The notes: a model not told the origin generated them from the letters alone. Positions 37,720 to 50,900 are shown, numbered from the whole stretch's first letter. The stretch: 62,752 bases of DNA, filler included, from Basidiobolus ranarum (GCA_040143965.1; 37 parts of 37 records of this genome joined end to end with filler, not necessarily neighbours in it); one strand, 5' to 3'. Program-made: numbers and translations.

Positions 37720-39023
37720 ATGGATGGAGAGAGCAACATGTTACTGTAGCCATAAAATAACTTTTGTAGCTTACACACATTCTCAGAGTGCTCAGGATCC
37801 ACAAAACCATCTTTTTGATCCATGAATTTATCCTATTCCAAGTCCCCATTCCAAAAAGCAGTTTTAACATCCTTTTGATGGTTTTTTAAGCTATGTTTGG
37901 CTACTACTGCTAGTATGGTTCTGATGGAATTAAACTTAACTACAGGAGCCAATGTTTCATTGTAGTCCACTCCTTCCATGTCAGAGTATTCTTTAGCCAC
38001 AAGTGTGGCTTTATTTCTTTCTACAGATCCATCAGCCTGCTGTTTAACTTTAAACACCCACTTCCATCCAACCGATTTTTAGTCACCGGGTAACTTGACC
38101 AAAGTCCAAGTTTTGTTATCTATGAGTGACTGATACTTCTCTGCCATTGCAGCACTCCAAATTTCAATGTTGGGACTCTTGATAGCCTCCTGCACTGACT
38201 TGGGTTCATCAGAATGATTGTCTTAAACCATTTTTTTTATTAGAGAAGTGTTGAGAGGCTCCAGAATCAATATACCACAATCGACAGTCTTGTGCATAGG
38301 TAACCGATAGGGCTTAAAAGAATAAAACTTTCTCTTGTGTTGAAACCTGATTTGCTTTTTTGACTTCTCATTTCTGTTGTAATATCTTGAATTGCAATCA
38401 TTCAACTGGTGTCCTGGTTTGTTACAAACATAGCATAAACCTGGTTTCCTTCTTCTGTCATCTTTGTACTTGCCAAAGTTAGATTTTCCAGCTCCAAAAA
38501 GAGCCACTTCCTCAGGTTCTTTTTCCAAATTCTTACCTCTGAGGCATTGATCCATTTGTCTTGCCACCACAAACTCCAAAGATAACTTGTCAGATCTTGC
38601 TTCCAAAGCTGTGACCAAGTTTGAGTACTGTTCTGGTAGCCTACTTAGAACAGTCATAATGACATCTTCTTCCTGTTAAGTTCCACCAATATTTCCCAGT
38701 TGTTTCACCACAAATCTCACATTTGCAATATGAGTAACCATGCTGTCAAACCTTTTCATCTTTATATTAAAGTATTTTTGTCTGAAAAAGAGTATATTAG
38801 CAAGACTCTGTGATTCATAACCCTCTTCCAATATAGTCCAAGCTTGATGGGAAGTCTTAGCACGTTGAATATTTACTAGTTGTGAATCCTTCCAACTTTG
38901 ACAAATGACATTAAAGGCCTTCTTGTCTCTTTTCTTGTAAGCTTCCAATAAAGAAGGGTCAGAAGGTTCCTTTTCATCTCCAGAGACTACATCTCAAAGC
39001 TCCCTGTCTTCCAGCATGATTTG
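37720..39023 (-). mobile_element. Ty1/copia gag (with CCHC knuckle) joined directly to RT; integrase deleted
   Basis: LSRLPEQYSNLVTALE, CYVCNKPGHQLNDC, then FKVKQQADGSVERNKATLVAK..GVDYNET.APVVK and DVKTAF.NGDLE. Confidence 0.9.
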
Positions 39024-39123
39024 NNNNNNNNNNNNNNNNNNNNNNNNNNNNNNNNNNNNNNNNNNNNTTAATTAATTAANNNNNNNNNNNNNNNNNNNNN
39101 NNNNNNNNNNNNNNNNNNNNNNN

Positions 39124-40721
39124 ATATAATATATGTTCCAATTTTCAGCTAAGTGATATTTGACTAAGTAATGTTAACTAACTTATATGAGATATATGAA
39201 ATAGTTAGGTGTATAAAGATAGAGATAACAAATATGATAAAGGCAATACACTTCAACACTGGAATGGATCTTAAGCCCTCATATATTGCCAAATGTGAAA
39301 GCTGTATTCAAAAGAAAATCAGCAGAAAACTATTTCCAACAGAAGGAGCAGGCAGAGCCAAAGATTTATTATATTTTCTTCATACAGATGAATGTAACCC
39401 AATGCAAACTCTCACACCAAGTAAGCAACAATACTTACTCATCTTTATTGATGATAAATCTCACTTCAGAGTATCACATCTTCTGTCAAGCAATAGCAAA
39501 GTGTTTGAATTTTCAAGAGTTATGAAGTATTGATCATAACTACAACAGGAAGATAAATCAAACATCTACACAATGATAATGGAACTGAATTTAGCAATGA
39601 AGCCTTGATTAGCTTATGTCAAGAATAGGGACCTCTCCAAAAATTTACTTTCCAGATGGTGCAGAACAAAATGGAGTTGCAGAAAGGATGATTAGGACTT
39701 TAGTGGGGAAAGCATCTACAATGCCAATTGATTCAGATCTGTCTAGGACATATTGGGGTGAAGCCATTTTAACAGCTACATATCCCCATAATAGAAGTCT
39801 AACACATAGCCATCATGATTCTAAAACTCCTATTGAAGTTTGAACAAGAAACAAGCCTAATCTGAATCATCTCAGAATATTTGGATCCTCTGTATATGCT
39901 GATATTTCTAAACCTGAGCATAGGAAATTGTTCCAGAAGGGAATTAAATATATCCTATTAGGATACTGGAACAAAGGCTATTGTCTCCTAATTGCTGACA
40001 CAAATCAAGTCATCAACTCCAGAGATACTATATACATTGAAGAAAATCTCTAATCTTCCAGTCAAGTTAAATTGATTTTCAGCCAAAATCAATTTCTTAA
40101 TAACTCAAACTCTGAGTTTACAAGTACTGAAACCAACTTGGAAAATGACATATTAGAAGTAGACACTGGAATTACACCAAATATGGAATTTGAAACTACC
40201 AATCAACAATATCCAAATTAAAAAATGTTGCATCTGGGAAAGGTCTAAATCAGCAGTCACCAATTAATATATGACAAAGCTCAAGGCAGTACCAATTCCT
40301 GTAGTGAATATTCATAGCAGAAAACCAACAAGCAATAAGCCTGTCTTAGACTTCACTATAATTACTGAAACCAAGGAGAACAAACTATTATATGATATTC
40401 TGGAATCAAGCAGCTATACAATTAGTGAAATATCAGGAACCATTGGAAATGCTTCAATTTGTACCAGGAAACCTGATAATTACTCTAAGGATACTGATAT
40501 TTTGGAATCAGCTTCTAGAAATCGGCAAATTATCTCTGCGAAAGAAAAATATAGATATCACAAAAGGATACTTTTCCACCCAATCAAGAATCAGGAAATT
40601 GGCCTCAGAAAAAAGGTGATAATTGTTAAAGTATTTGGGAGCCTGTTGGAAGTGGTTTGGAGAATTAGAGGAATTGGTGGTTTTCACTTATTGATTTATT
40701 GAGTAGAAAGTTGACATTTAT
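39124..40721 (+). mobile_element. Copia integrase remnant flanked by LTR B (39124-39258, minus) and LTR C (~40623-40721, minus) fragments
   Basis: CESCIQKK, LIFIDDKS, DNGTEF and EQNGVAERMIRTL. Confidence 0.85.
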
Positions 40722-40821
40722 NNNNNNNNNNNNNNNNNNNNNNNNNNNNNNNNNNNNNNNNNNNNTTAATTAATTAANNNNNNNNNNNNNNNNNNNNNNN
40801 NNNNNNNNNNNNNNNNNNNNN

Positions 40822-40968
40822 CATGAGGAACATGAGGGAGAGAGTGTGATTAGATCTAGCAAGACCACCGTAGAAGAATCCAAGACCGAGGCACATGAGG
40901 AAAACTAGAGCAGTAGCTACTATCATCCAGGCAGAATCGCCCGCGTTGATCGCAGAAATTGCAGTCAT
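40822..40968 (-). CDS. Ammonium transporter (Amt/Mep), N-terminus (partial)
   Basis: AGDSAWMIVATALVFLMCLGLGFFYGGLAR. Confidence 0.92.
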
Positions 40969-42004
40969 TATAGGGCTACTATAAATTGGAGATGTTTAAT
41001 GGTAAGCTTATTAGACGGCTAGTGATTACTGAAGCATTGTCACTTGGTATTTATACTTTTGTTCTTGACAATCGTAGAACACTCATTGCACTCAATGCTC
41101 TCATAGCTCTTGAAGCAAATCTCTGTTCTAGACTGTTATTTTTACTGATAATTTTGATAGAAGTTCTATAAATTTCTTGTTTGTATAGAACATTCTTAGG
41201 GATGATATTCGCAACAATGATAGCCAATTAAAAGGGGGATTTTTCAGATATCCCATCATTTTTTGGGTCGATATTAAATAAAGTTGCCTTATTTGGGAGA
41301 TGATTTTTTATTTTGTTCAAGAATTTGGATGTTTCCATTTCGAATGAATTGATTCTGAGACATATTGAGCACGTTTTGATATCTGATGTTGATCCAACTG
41401 TTGATGCTGTATTCATTAGCTGTTTATGGTGCATGAATGATCCTGGAAAGTATTCATCATTTAGTTCTTAGAAGCTTATCTTCCAACCGAGAGTAATTTC
41501 GGTCACTTTTTATTCAAATGTCCTTCGTTTAGATTGGAACCTGACTACATCATATATATTGTTACGCATCCCAATGATTTTGGAATGTGGTTTTTGGAAT
41601 GCACTTTGCGTGGAGTTGATCTTTATATTTTCACTCAACTGAGCGCTATATCTAACATCAAGCAAAGTTATATTTGGAAATTTGTGACTGTAACGACAGC
41701 ATTTGACCGTATTCTTCGCTGTTGTGTAAATACGACTTGCGATCCTTTGTTCCCTGTTACAGTAAGCAACTACCCTATATTTATGAACTACTCTATACAA
41801 CAAAGACATGGTATGAATATTTTATGATAGTTTATTGTATAAATATATTAGAAATGATTCTATGACAGGGTGCAGTTAGTTGTTTCCACCAAAAAAATAA
41901 GTTTGTGGTTAATAAAAAATTCTATATTCAACTGTTGGTTAATGAAAATTTGTTCAAGAATAGATTAAATAATATTCGTCATATCTATGCTCCATGATAT
42001 CTCA

Positions 42005-42419
42005 TTATTCTTCCCCAACGCTAGTTGTAGAAGCAACTACGGTTTCTTTAGAGGTTGCGGATGCATCAGCCATGGAGTTACTAGGAAGTTCAATTACTTC
42101 AGAGCTACTGGGAATTTCTGCCATTACTGAGTGACGACTAACCATAGAGTGACGACTAATCATAGAGTTACGTTCAGCTCTTAAAACCTCTACAACTTCA
42201 GTGATTTCTGAGTTGGATGTTATAGGAACGATAGTGGGCAAAACTGGTACGGTCTCCATCTGTTGAGGTGGGGTTTTCATTTGTTCTCCTTTTTCGGGAG
42301 CTTCGTGATGAGATCCGTGATTAGGTTCCATGAATCCATAAGCAGTTTCTCCGAGAACAGCCAAATCTGTACCAAGAGCCTCCTCATCATCACGAAGACG
42401 TAAACGAAGTCCGCACTTC
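42005..42419 (-). CDS. Ammonium transporter (Amt/Mep), C-terminus of an upstream tandem copy (partial)
   Basis: LRLRLRDDEEALGTDLAVLGETAY matches the Amt C-terminal LR..EE.GLD..GE.AY motif. Confidence 0.82.
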
Positions 42420-42519
42420 NNNNNNNNNNNNNNNNNNNNNNNNNNNNNNNNNNNNNNNNNNNNTTAATTAATTAANNNNNNNNNNNNNNNNNNNNNNNNN
42501 NNNNNNNNNNNNNNNNNNN

Positions 42520-44116
42520 TAAAATCAAATCAAACTTGACAATTTTATGACAGTAGGTAAACAGTCAATCCCAAATGAGTTAAAATTGTGATGGTTTTCC
42601 TACAAAAACAATCCTCAAATTTCTGTTAGGGTATATCCTAGGCATGAAGTAGTTAGTTAACATTACTTGGTTGAATATCACTTAACTACAAATTGGAACA
42701 TAATATATATGTATATATGTGAATAGTGCAAGAATTAGTAAATCCATATTGGAAATTTCAAACTTGTCCTAATTTTCCCAAAGATGGCTCATTTTACTTG
42801 CACAGATGTTCTGAACACAACCCCAGTGTTAGTTTTCTGTATTTCCACTAAAATGTATAAATACTTCTTTTCTGGACAACAAATAATTATCTCATAAAGC
42901 TATTCACAACTCCACTTGTCTTAAGTTCCTCCAAACAGCCCATATTCTCCCAATCAATATATCAAAGAAACTAGAAATTTTGCAGATGCAAATTAATGTT
43001 CAAATGGTAAATATGTAAAACTTGAGTTACATTTTTTGCACATGTGTTGATCCATGACTCCCTGAGATTGTGGTTAATCATGTGCAACTATTTTGTGAGA
43101 TCTTGAAATTTCATTCATGAAATGGAAAAATTGATTAGTATCAAATCTAACTTGACAATTTTATGATGCTAAGTAAACAGTCAATCCAAAATGGATTAAA
43201 TTTGTGATGGTTCTCTACAATGACAATCCTCAAATCTCTGTTAGGGCACACTGAGTAGTGTGACAGTGCAAGAATGTAAGAATTAGTAAAAAGTGCTTGA
43301 ACAGTAATTTCAAAAGTATGAAGGGAAAATGCAGTGCAAGTATGCAGCAAGTGGCTCCAGAAGAAGAATATCAAACTTGACATTCAGTCAGGTGTTGAAC
43401 ATGCAGATATCTGGAAATAACTTAATGCAGAGTGGCTCAATTTTGTAGGGCATTTCACCAGATAGCTGGAAGAATGTAGATTCAACAATATTGATATAAC
43501 GGTGACCTTTAATGGAGATATTGATACAAACATATGTTGGATGTCAGCTATATATTCCTATCAAAAATAAAAATGGTTTGATCTGGATTGGAACCACCCT
43601 CTAAAATAGCAAAACCATCAGAGAACCATCACAGTATTGGTGGTTTGCATTCTGCCAGGGATTTTGATGGTGTGACAGCGGTTTCATGATGGTATTTTGA
43701 TGGTATTCATACAAGTTAAAATATTGATCCTTAAATTTGGCATTTGTTATCCAATATCCAGCAAATTTTTGCAGAAATTTAATTTTCAAATGACAAATTA
43801 CTGGGTTTACTGCTTTGAATTAATATACATGCCTTTATTTAGATATGTTAGGCTTTGTATTCCAGCCATAATGAGAATCAAAAAGTACAAGAATCTTGTT
43901 GTGTTTGTGTCTACATATGCACACACTTGACTGATTAGACATAATTCAACAACATCAATATGCTTTATCAGGAAACTAACAGTGGAAAAATTGCAAAACA
44001 TCTGGATTTTTGAATAGCACTGATGCTTGGCAAATAGCTGACTCTTGTTACCATTCACAATGAGAATAAGCTCTTGGATTTTGGCAAATTTCCATAAAGA
44101 ATTCAGCCAATATATC
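42520..44116. mobile_element. Mosaic of CMC transposon pieces (termini at 42631 and 43246; transposase remnant 43560-44116, minus) and an LTR B fragment (~42650-42953)
   Basis: Matches to other copies within the window. Confidence 0.75.
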
Positions 44117-44216
44117 NNNNNNNNNNNNNNNNNNNNNNNNNNNNNNNNNNNNNNNNNNNNTTAATTAATTAANNNNNNNNNNNNNNNNNNNNNNNNNNNN
44201 NNNNNNNNNNNNNNNN

Positions 44217-45698
44217 AATTGATTTTATTTTTGCTAGGGATTCTTTTAAAGCTATATTTACTTAAATGGCCAGTTCTTTTACAGTAATCACACAATTTGT
44301 TGTTTCTCTTCTTAGAGTGCTTCTGAACATTATAGTAAGGTTTCCCATAGCCTATTAAAGCATTTTCTTCATTCTTTTGGTTGGATGCTAATTGGCATTA
44401 TGTTTCATCCAAAAGTCTGCCAAATACATAATTTGAGGTCAAATATTCAGTTCTTGGTTCTAGCACCAATACTACACTGTGAAACTCATGTGGCAGGCTA
44501 TTAAGGACTGTCATCATGATATCTTGATCAGTAGTAGGTCCTCCAATGCATTTCATTTCATCCTCTTAAATAGTGACTCTGTTGACAAGTGATTTAATGT
44601 CTTCTCCTATGTTCATCTTTAGGTTAAGGAATAATCTGTTGAAATTAGCATTGCCTAAACACCTATATAGTCATATATAGCTTAGTACTTAGTTGTCTTA
44701 TAATTCACTAAGATATTATCCATTATTCTCAATTGGAATTTACTTGGAATATTTTTACCCACTTAGAAGTTCTCCAATATTTAGATTCTCTAACTTATGC
44801 TAGAAGCCCCAAACTTTGCACACATGTTCCTGGGATCTTCCTTAACACATTCTACACATTAGTTTGTTTACATCATGACAAAACTATAAATGTCTACTTG
44901 CTACTCAATAAATCAACAAGTGAAAACCACCAATTCCTCCCGTTCTCCAAACCACTTCCTACATGCTCCCAAATACAATAACATGATCTTCTTGAAAGCA
45001 TCTTGTTGGTAGCAGAACAGGTTTGGTAGAGGTCTTGCAGGGTATTCCATACCTTCTGATCAGTTTTGTTTCTTGAACATTGATTTAGCAATTTGTGTTT
45101 AACATTGGTACATATTGTGTTAAAGGCACTATGTTCTTTTTTAACCTGGAGTAAAAACTTTGGTTTTAGATAGTTTTGCATTGTTTTCCTCTCCTACAAT
45201 AGTATCCCACAGTCTTTTTTCTTGCAGCAGCATTTTCATTTTAACTTTCCAAACTTGATAATTGGTTCCATCCAATTTTTCAGAAAAGGGAAAGTTCCCA
45301 AAATTCAAAAAGTAGACATTACAGAGAGAGCAAGCTTGGGGCTCATGACCTGTTAAGGTATTTGAGAGCCTGTTGGAAGTGGCTTGGAGAAATAGAGTAA
45401 TTGGTCATTTTCACTTGTTGATTTATGGAGCAGAAAGTTGACATTTATACTTTTGAAAAGATGTAGACAAACTGATGTGTGGAATGTGTTAAAGAAGGTC
45501 CTACAAACATGTTTGCAAAGTTTGGGCCCTCTAGCACAATTTGAAAAATCCATATAATTGAGAGCTTCTAAGTTAGAAAAGAATATTCTAGGTAAATTAC
45601 AACTAAGAATAATTTGTGCTATTGTAGTGAAATATATGATACCTGAATACCAAGCTGTATATGACTATATAGGTGTTTAGGCAATGCTAATTTCAATT
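44217..45698 (-). mobile_element. Copia element 5' end: LTR C (45351-~45698), PBS ggtcatgagcccc (45338-45350) and degenerate gag
   Basis: LTR end ...TTAACA directly followed by the PBS; gag VWNTLQDLYQ..ATNKMLSRR..LNLKM. Confidence 0.85.
44637..44983 (+). repeat. Solo LTR C inserted in opposite orientation into the gag of its own family, TSD taatc/tgatc
   Basis: TGTTGAAATTAGC...TAACA, flanked by a near-identical 5-mer. Confidence 0.85.
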
Positions 45699-45913
45699 AT
45701 AGATATGTTGCTCTCTTATTTCTAATATTTGTATCAAAACTAAAGTTAACTAAGATGTTGAATAAAATCAACCATGCAACCAAAATAACATGTGTGACTA
45801 TTTTAGTTGCATTNNNNNNNNNNNNNNNNNNNNNNNNNNNNNNNNNNNNNNNNNNNNTTAATTAATTAANNNNNNNNNNNNNNNNNNNNNNNNNNNNNNN
45901 NNNNNNNNNNNNN

Positions 45914-46371
45914 CAAACCATTACCCAAGCCAAAATTTGAAGAATTAAGATTTAAGTTAGGATTAAGATATATGAATATTTAGTTGAGTGGGAGTGTTGA
46001 AGTTTATTGTCTTTATCATATTTGTTATCTTTATCTTTATACACCTAACTATTTCATTTATCACCTATAAGTTAGTTAACATTACTTAGTCAAATATCAC
46101 TTAGCTAAAAATTGGAACATATATTATATATATATGTGAATAATGTGAGAATTAGCAATTCCATATTGGAAATTTCAAACTTGTCCAAATTGCCCCAAAG
46201 ATAGCTCAGTTTACTCCCACAGATGTTTTGAACACAACCCCAGTGTTAGTTTTCTGTATTTCCACCAAAAAGTATAAATGCTTTATTTCTGGACAATAAA
46301 CAATTATCTCACAAAGCCATTCACAACTTCACTTTTCTAAAGTTCCTCCAAACAGCCCATATTTTCCAATA
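45914..46371 (+). mobile_element. Copia 3' end: RNase H end, PPT (ttgagtgggag) and 3' LTR B (45995-46371)
   Basis: KPLPKPKFEELRFKLG-type end; the PPT abuts TGTTGAAG. Confidence 0.9.
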
Positions 46372-47160
46372 GACCTTTGGCAGCAATATCTTCAGAAACA
46401 CACTCCCTTTAGGCTTTTTGTTAATCCTAGTCTAATTCCACTAATCTTAATTGTTGACAAACCATTTTGACTTTGTTACTCCCTCCCACTCCACTTAATA
46501 GTGTCTTAGACTCTGCTGATTTAACTTTTCTACTTTGCAACATTCATACCAATACTCTTGATCTCCTTACATTAGTTAAGAAACTACAAAAGTAGATTAT
46601 ACCTGATGGTGACTGCCTCCCCCCTTAAGAAAAGAACCTGGAGCTTTCTATTGCCCAAACAATTCCAATTGGTTGCACCATTTCCTTGAATGATACTGAG
46701 CTTCTTCATATGAACCATGCAACATATATAGGCTTTCCATTTACTCAAACTGGCATTAATGTGAAGAAACACTTGTCAGTTAGAATTGCCTTGGCTAAAC
46801 AGGCTGTTTACAAGTTGCTTGTTGTCACACCACCCAATACATCTTGTAATGGCTGTCAAAGACTTCTTAAGCAGTTTATGATACCAGTTCTGGAATATGG
46901 AGTAAATCTACACCCACCCAACCAAAGAGACTACTCCAAGCTTGATAGATTCATCAGCTACTCCCTCAGGCTGCTGATGCCTGACTTGCCTGAGACTCCC
47001 TATCATCAAGCTCTGAATGGAACTTTTGAATTCTTCCCATATCATATTAGAGTAATTTTACTCAGGGCAAGATTTCTACTCCAACTAAATGACTGCAGAA
47101 ATCCACTGATTAAAAAGTGGCTCATCACATCATCATCAAATGTACTATCAAGCTGGAAAT
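46372..47160 (+). mobile_element. Non-LTR (LINE) retrotransposon, RT C-terminal remnant
   Basis: ATYIGFPF (YLG-type motif) and LKQFMIPVLEYG (IRP.LEYG-type motif). Homologous to 47610-48070. Confidence 0.75.
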
Positions 47161-47311
47161 TGTCTTCTGTGGGGTTCTGCTGAAACTGATATCTTCCAAG
47201 AAGAAATAATTGGTCATAGGTGTGAGTCAGAGTTGACCAACTACATGTAGATGACATATTTAGTGGATTTCCCAAAAATCTACTTGTCTGGATGGTAGTA
47301 TTAGTGCATTG

Positions 47312-47509
47312 TGTTGAAATTATTTAGGGAGAAATATTGGTCTGGCCAGGATTTGAACCTGGGACCTCCTTCACTCTAGCAAGGTACTATAACCACTGAG
47401 CCACCAGTTCTTGTATGCTATGCCTATATTGCTAGGGAATGTTAACCTAGTCCATCAATGTATAGTACTTTGGTATTTTAGCTTTACAAGCAACTGATTG
47501 GCCTTAGAC
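47312..47509 (+). repeat. 5' part of putative LTR family D (TGTTGAAATTA...) containing a tRNA-like sequence
   Basis: LTR-type start shared with families A and C; overlaps 5115-5225, which ends TTTCAACA. Confidence 0.6.
47338..47410 (-). pseudogene. tRNA-derived sequence (73 nt, cloverleaf spacing, degenerate stems)
   Basis: GAACTGG TG GCTC AGTGGTTA TAGT A CCTTG CTAGAGT GAAGG AGGTC CCAGG TTCAAAT CCTGG CCAGACC A. A box TGGCTCAGTGG, B box GGTTCAAATCC, perfect T stem. Confidence 0.8.
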
Positions 47510-47609
47510 NNNNNNNNNNNNNNNNNNNNNNNNNNNNNNNNNNNNNNNNNNNNTTAATTAATTAANNNNNNNNNNNNNNNNNNNNNNNNNNNNNNNNNNN
47601 NNNNNNNNN

Positions 47610-48070
47610 TGAAATCAGTTCTGGTATATGGAGTACATCTGCTCACACTTAACCAGAGGGATTATTCCAAGCGTGATAGATTCATCAGTTACTTCCTGAG
47701 GCTTCTGACACCAGACTTGCCTGAGACTCCCTATGATCATGCTTTATATAGAACATTTGGATTCTTCCCATATCATATCACAGTAGTGCTCCTGAGTGCT
47801 AGATTTTTTCTCCAATTTAATGACTGTCAAAATCCACTGGTTAAGAAGTGGCTAGCCACACCATCTTTAAGTCTACTATCCTGCTGGAAACTGATACAAG
47901 ATGACCCTCTTGTTTCTGAACTAGCTTTACAACTACATGCAATGAAACAGCCCAAATTTGTTGCTATAGACTTCCAGCTAGACCTTTGGAAGCAATATCT
48001 TGCCTCCAAGACACCTTTTTTGATCCACATTATTCCAGGTTTTTGTCCTATTGTCAATTTGGTTTGTACT
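47610..48070 (+). mobile_element. LINE remnant, second copy
   Basis: PETPYDHALYRTFGFFPYHI..NPLVKKWL, homologous to 46880-47160 and 46372-46450. Confidence 0.72.
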
Positions 48071-49599
48071 TAGCACTATATTCACAACCTCAGAACTGGA
48101 TTACATTGGTCATCAAGTTAAGTATGGATATGATCCAGCTTTATCACAATATTGTAGAAGATTGATGTCTGGATTATCAGTATTTATAGATTTGTATATA
48201 GACTAAATGAAGTCCACTCTACCTGGTGTTTTTCATCCCCCCTATCCTATAAGCATTGTTACTATGTACAGATGTGAATTCACAAGTAGCAAGTGAGTAA
48301 ATTACTAATCAAATCAGAGACTGGTGAAGATTGGGTGCAGGAATTAAATTTTGGTCAGTCATTGAATAATAAATATCTTGCTGATTAGAATGTAAAAGAA
48401 TTGGAATGATTAAAACAACTTCCTCACTGATTGATATGGTGGATAAGAAATGACATATGATTATAGTTGAACCATTAGAGCAAGACCATGAGAGAGGAGC
48501 AAAAAGACTTCACCAATAAGATTTCTTATGGGTCTTATCTTCTAGGTTATAGTATTTGGGCAGGATAAACAAGCATAGGATGTGTTGTCCTGAAAGTTGT
48601 GCGGTTGTATATAAATATGTATCCTATAGTGTCACCTATTTCATGAATATCAGTAGCAAACCCAAAATAGCTAGCAGTCTTCCTTCATTACACTAAGCCA
48701 AACTGAGATAGCATAAGTTTGATGATTGGGGAAGTGCATCTTCTATCTTAAAATATCCCCATTTACTAATACAAACCTAAAGAAGTAATAATACATCATC
48801 GAGTTGTACTACTAACTGTACTTTAGATGTAGAACCATCTTCCAATACATAGTTTGTTTAATCTACAAGGTGTCTCCATGTTTTAGTAGATTTCAAGCGA
48901 TCCTTGAGAATTTAGGTACTGAGCGGATCTTTGAGCGGATCTGAATTTTGGAAAATGGCTTTTGTTATTATTTGTTGCATGGCTAGGAATGCCAGTAATG
49001 ATGTGTACACTACGCAGTAATATTCACTATTAGCTGACATTAAACAACAATTTATTTGACAGTTTGGAGCATGAGAATATAGCAAAAATCTTTGCGAAAC
49101 TATCATTTTATCAACCTAATGAGTTGCTTCAAAGCGCTTGGCTAACTAACCCTAATCGCGGCATTGAATAAGGGAGCATGATTTGCAGTTGGTGTAGTTC
49201 ATCCANNNNNNNNNNNNNNNNNNNNNNNNNNNNNNNNNNNNNNNNNNNNTTAATTAATTAANNNNNNNNNNNNNNNNNNNNNNNNNNNNNNNNNNNNNNN
49301 NNNNNGTTATACATTTGATTGGGTAAGTTACAGTATAAATTGTTTATTGTTACACATTCAGTAATTTGTAAGTTACAAACTAGGGGATGAACTTACTTTG
49401 TCAGTTACCCAAAATCGTAATTTGGCAATACTAAATCAGGTAACTTGGTACGGGCTGGCACGATATCTCCAAAAAAATCATCATGTCCGATTGTGGTGGG
49501 ATAGTGCCATATTGTTCCTTATAGTGTCCGATTGAGTGTTATAGGACCCAGCCATGGTAATTGACAGATTGGGCCAGATGGTGTACTAGCAGGCTGGAT

Positions 49600-50900
49600 T
49601 GAGCAGCATGATCTGACCTGGTCTGAGAGAACAAGTCTATATGAATGTCACTGTGACAATTTAGCTGAGCAGAATATAAGTTGGACCACTAAGCCTACCC
49701 AATGACCCAAAATTGCTTGAGCATATCAAAGTAGAAATCTCTTAGGAAAACCAGCAAACCAAAAGACTCTGAATGTCAGAGCTGCAGTCAATTCCTCTGA
49801 TGATAAGTGGTTTAACATTTTGGAAACTGTGTTGAAGCTTGCCCAAAAACATCTTGATTTCAGCCAATTGTGGAAAAGCCAAAAACCTGCAGTTATTCTG
49901 AAAGATCTGACTTATTTCAAATGGCTTATCCTGGGTTTTGCAAGCAAATGGCAATTGGGCTAGTATAGATGTATTCATGAAACATCTCAAAAATTGATGC
50001 AATTATTGGCTTAGAAAAGAAAAAAGAGCAGCTAATGAAGTGTTCAAGGAGCAGGAAGTTAGTAAACCAAAGGGAGAAGCAAAGAAGCCAGCGAGTGTAG
50101 GCTCTACTGTCATACCAATTTCTTCAAAGATCCATATTTCCAGAGTCACAAGCACAAGCAGATATACTGGCAAAAATGCTTAATTTTACCTTGGAACCAA
50201 GTGCACCAGCTTGAAAAGTGTTAAATTTGAGAGTTTATCCAACACTTGGCATCTCTTAACAAGCCAAACTCCAGCAAATAAAACCCACAGTTCTCCAACC
50301 TCAACTGGAACTTTTCAGAGTGCTAAAATTAGCCCCAAACTTATAGGCAAGGAAAAAGCCATGCAAATACCACAAAGCATCCTGAGTAGTGTCACACCAC
50401 AAGGTTTATCAAAATAGTGAAAGTGCTTGAGGAGTATTTTCAAAACTATGAAGGGAGACACACAATGCAAGTGTGAAGGAAGTAGCTTTAGAAGAAGAAT
50501 ATTCAACTGGACATTCAGCCTGATGTTGATCATTCAGATATATGGGAAGAACTTAATCCAGAGTGGCACAATATTGCAGGGTATCTGCCAGATAGCAGGA
50601 AGAATGTTTATTCAGCAATGTTAATACAATGGTAGGCTTTGATAGATATATTGATACAAACTTGTGTTGGGTATGAGCTAAACCTTGGACAAGTATGCAG
50701 AAAGTGGCTTCAGAAGAAGAATATTCCACTTCACATTCAGTCTGGTGTTGACTGTGCAGATATCTGGAAAGAACTTAATACAGAGTGGCACAATTTTGCA
50801 GGGTATCCACCAGATAGCTGGAAGAATGTTGATTCAGCAACGCTAATACAATGGTGGGCTTTGATGGAGATATTGACACAAACTTGTGTTGGGTATGAGC
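49600..50900 (+). mobile_element. CMC transposon ORF2 region with an internal ~220-bp tandem duplication
   Basis: The WLQKKNI..ELNTEWHNFAGYPPDSWKNVDSATLIQWWALME block occurs at ~50465-50688 and ~50689-50900. Confidence 0.72.

Noticed and set aside
41228-41827. ORFs between the two Amt genes
   Set aside because: Short, overlapping on both strands and without motifs; probably intergenic.
42620-42631. TTAGGG as a telomeric repeat
   Set aside because: A single unit only, forming the transposon terminus in several copies.
47338-47410. Functional tRNA-Ser(AGA) gene
   Set aside because: There are mismatches in the acceptor, D and anticodon stems and no long variable arm. It is reported as tRNA-derived instead.
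48100-49550. Possible gene remnants after the LINE fragment
   Set aside because: No sustained ORF or recognisable motif.
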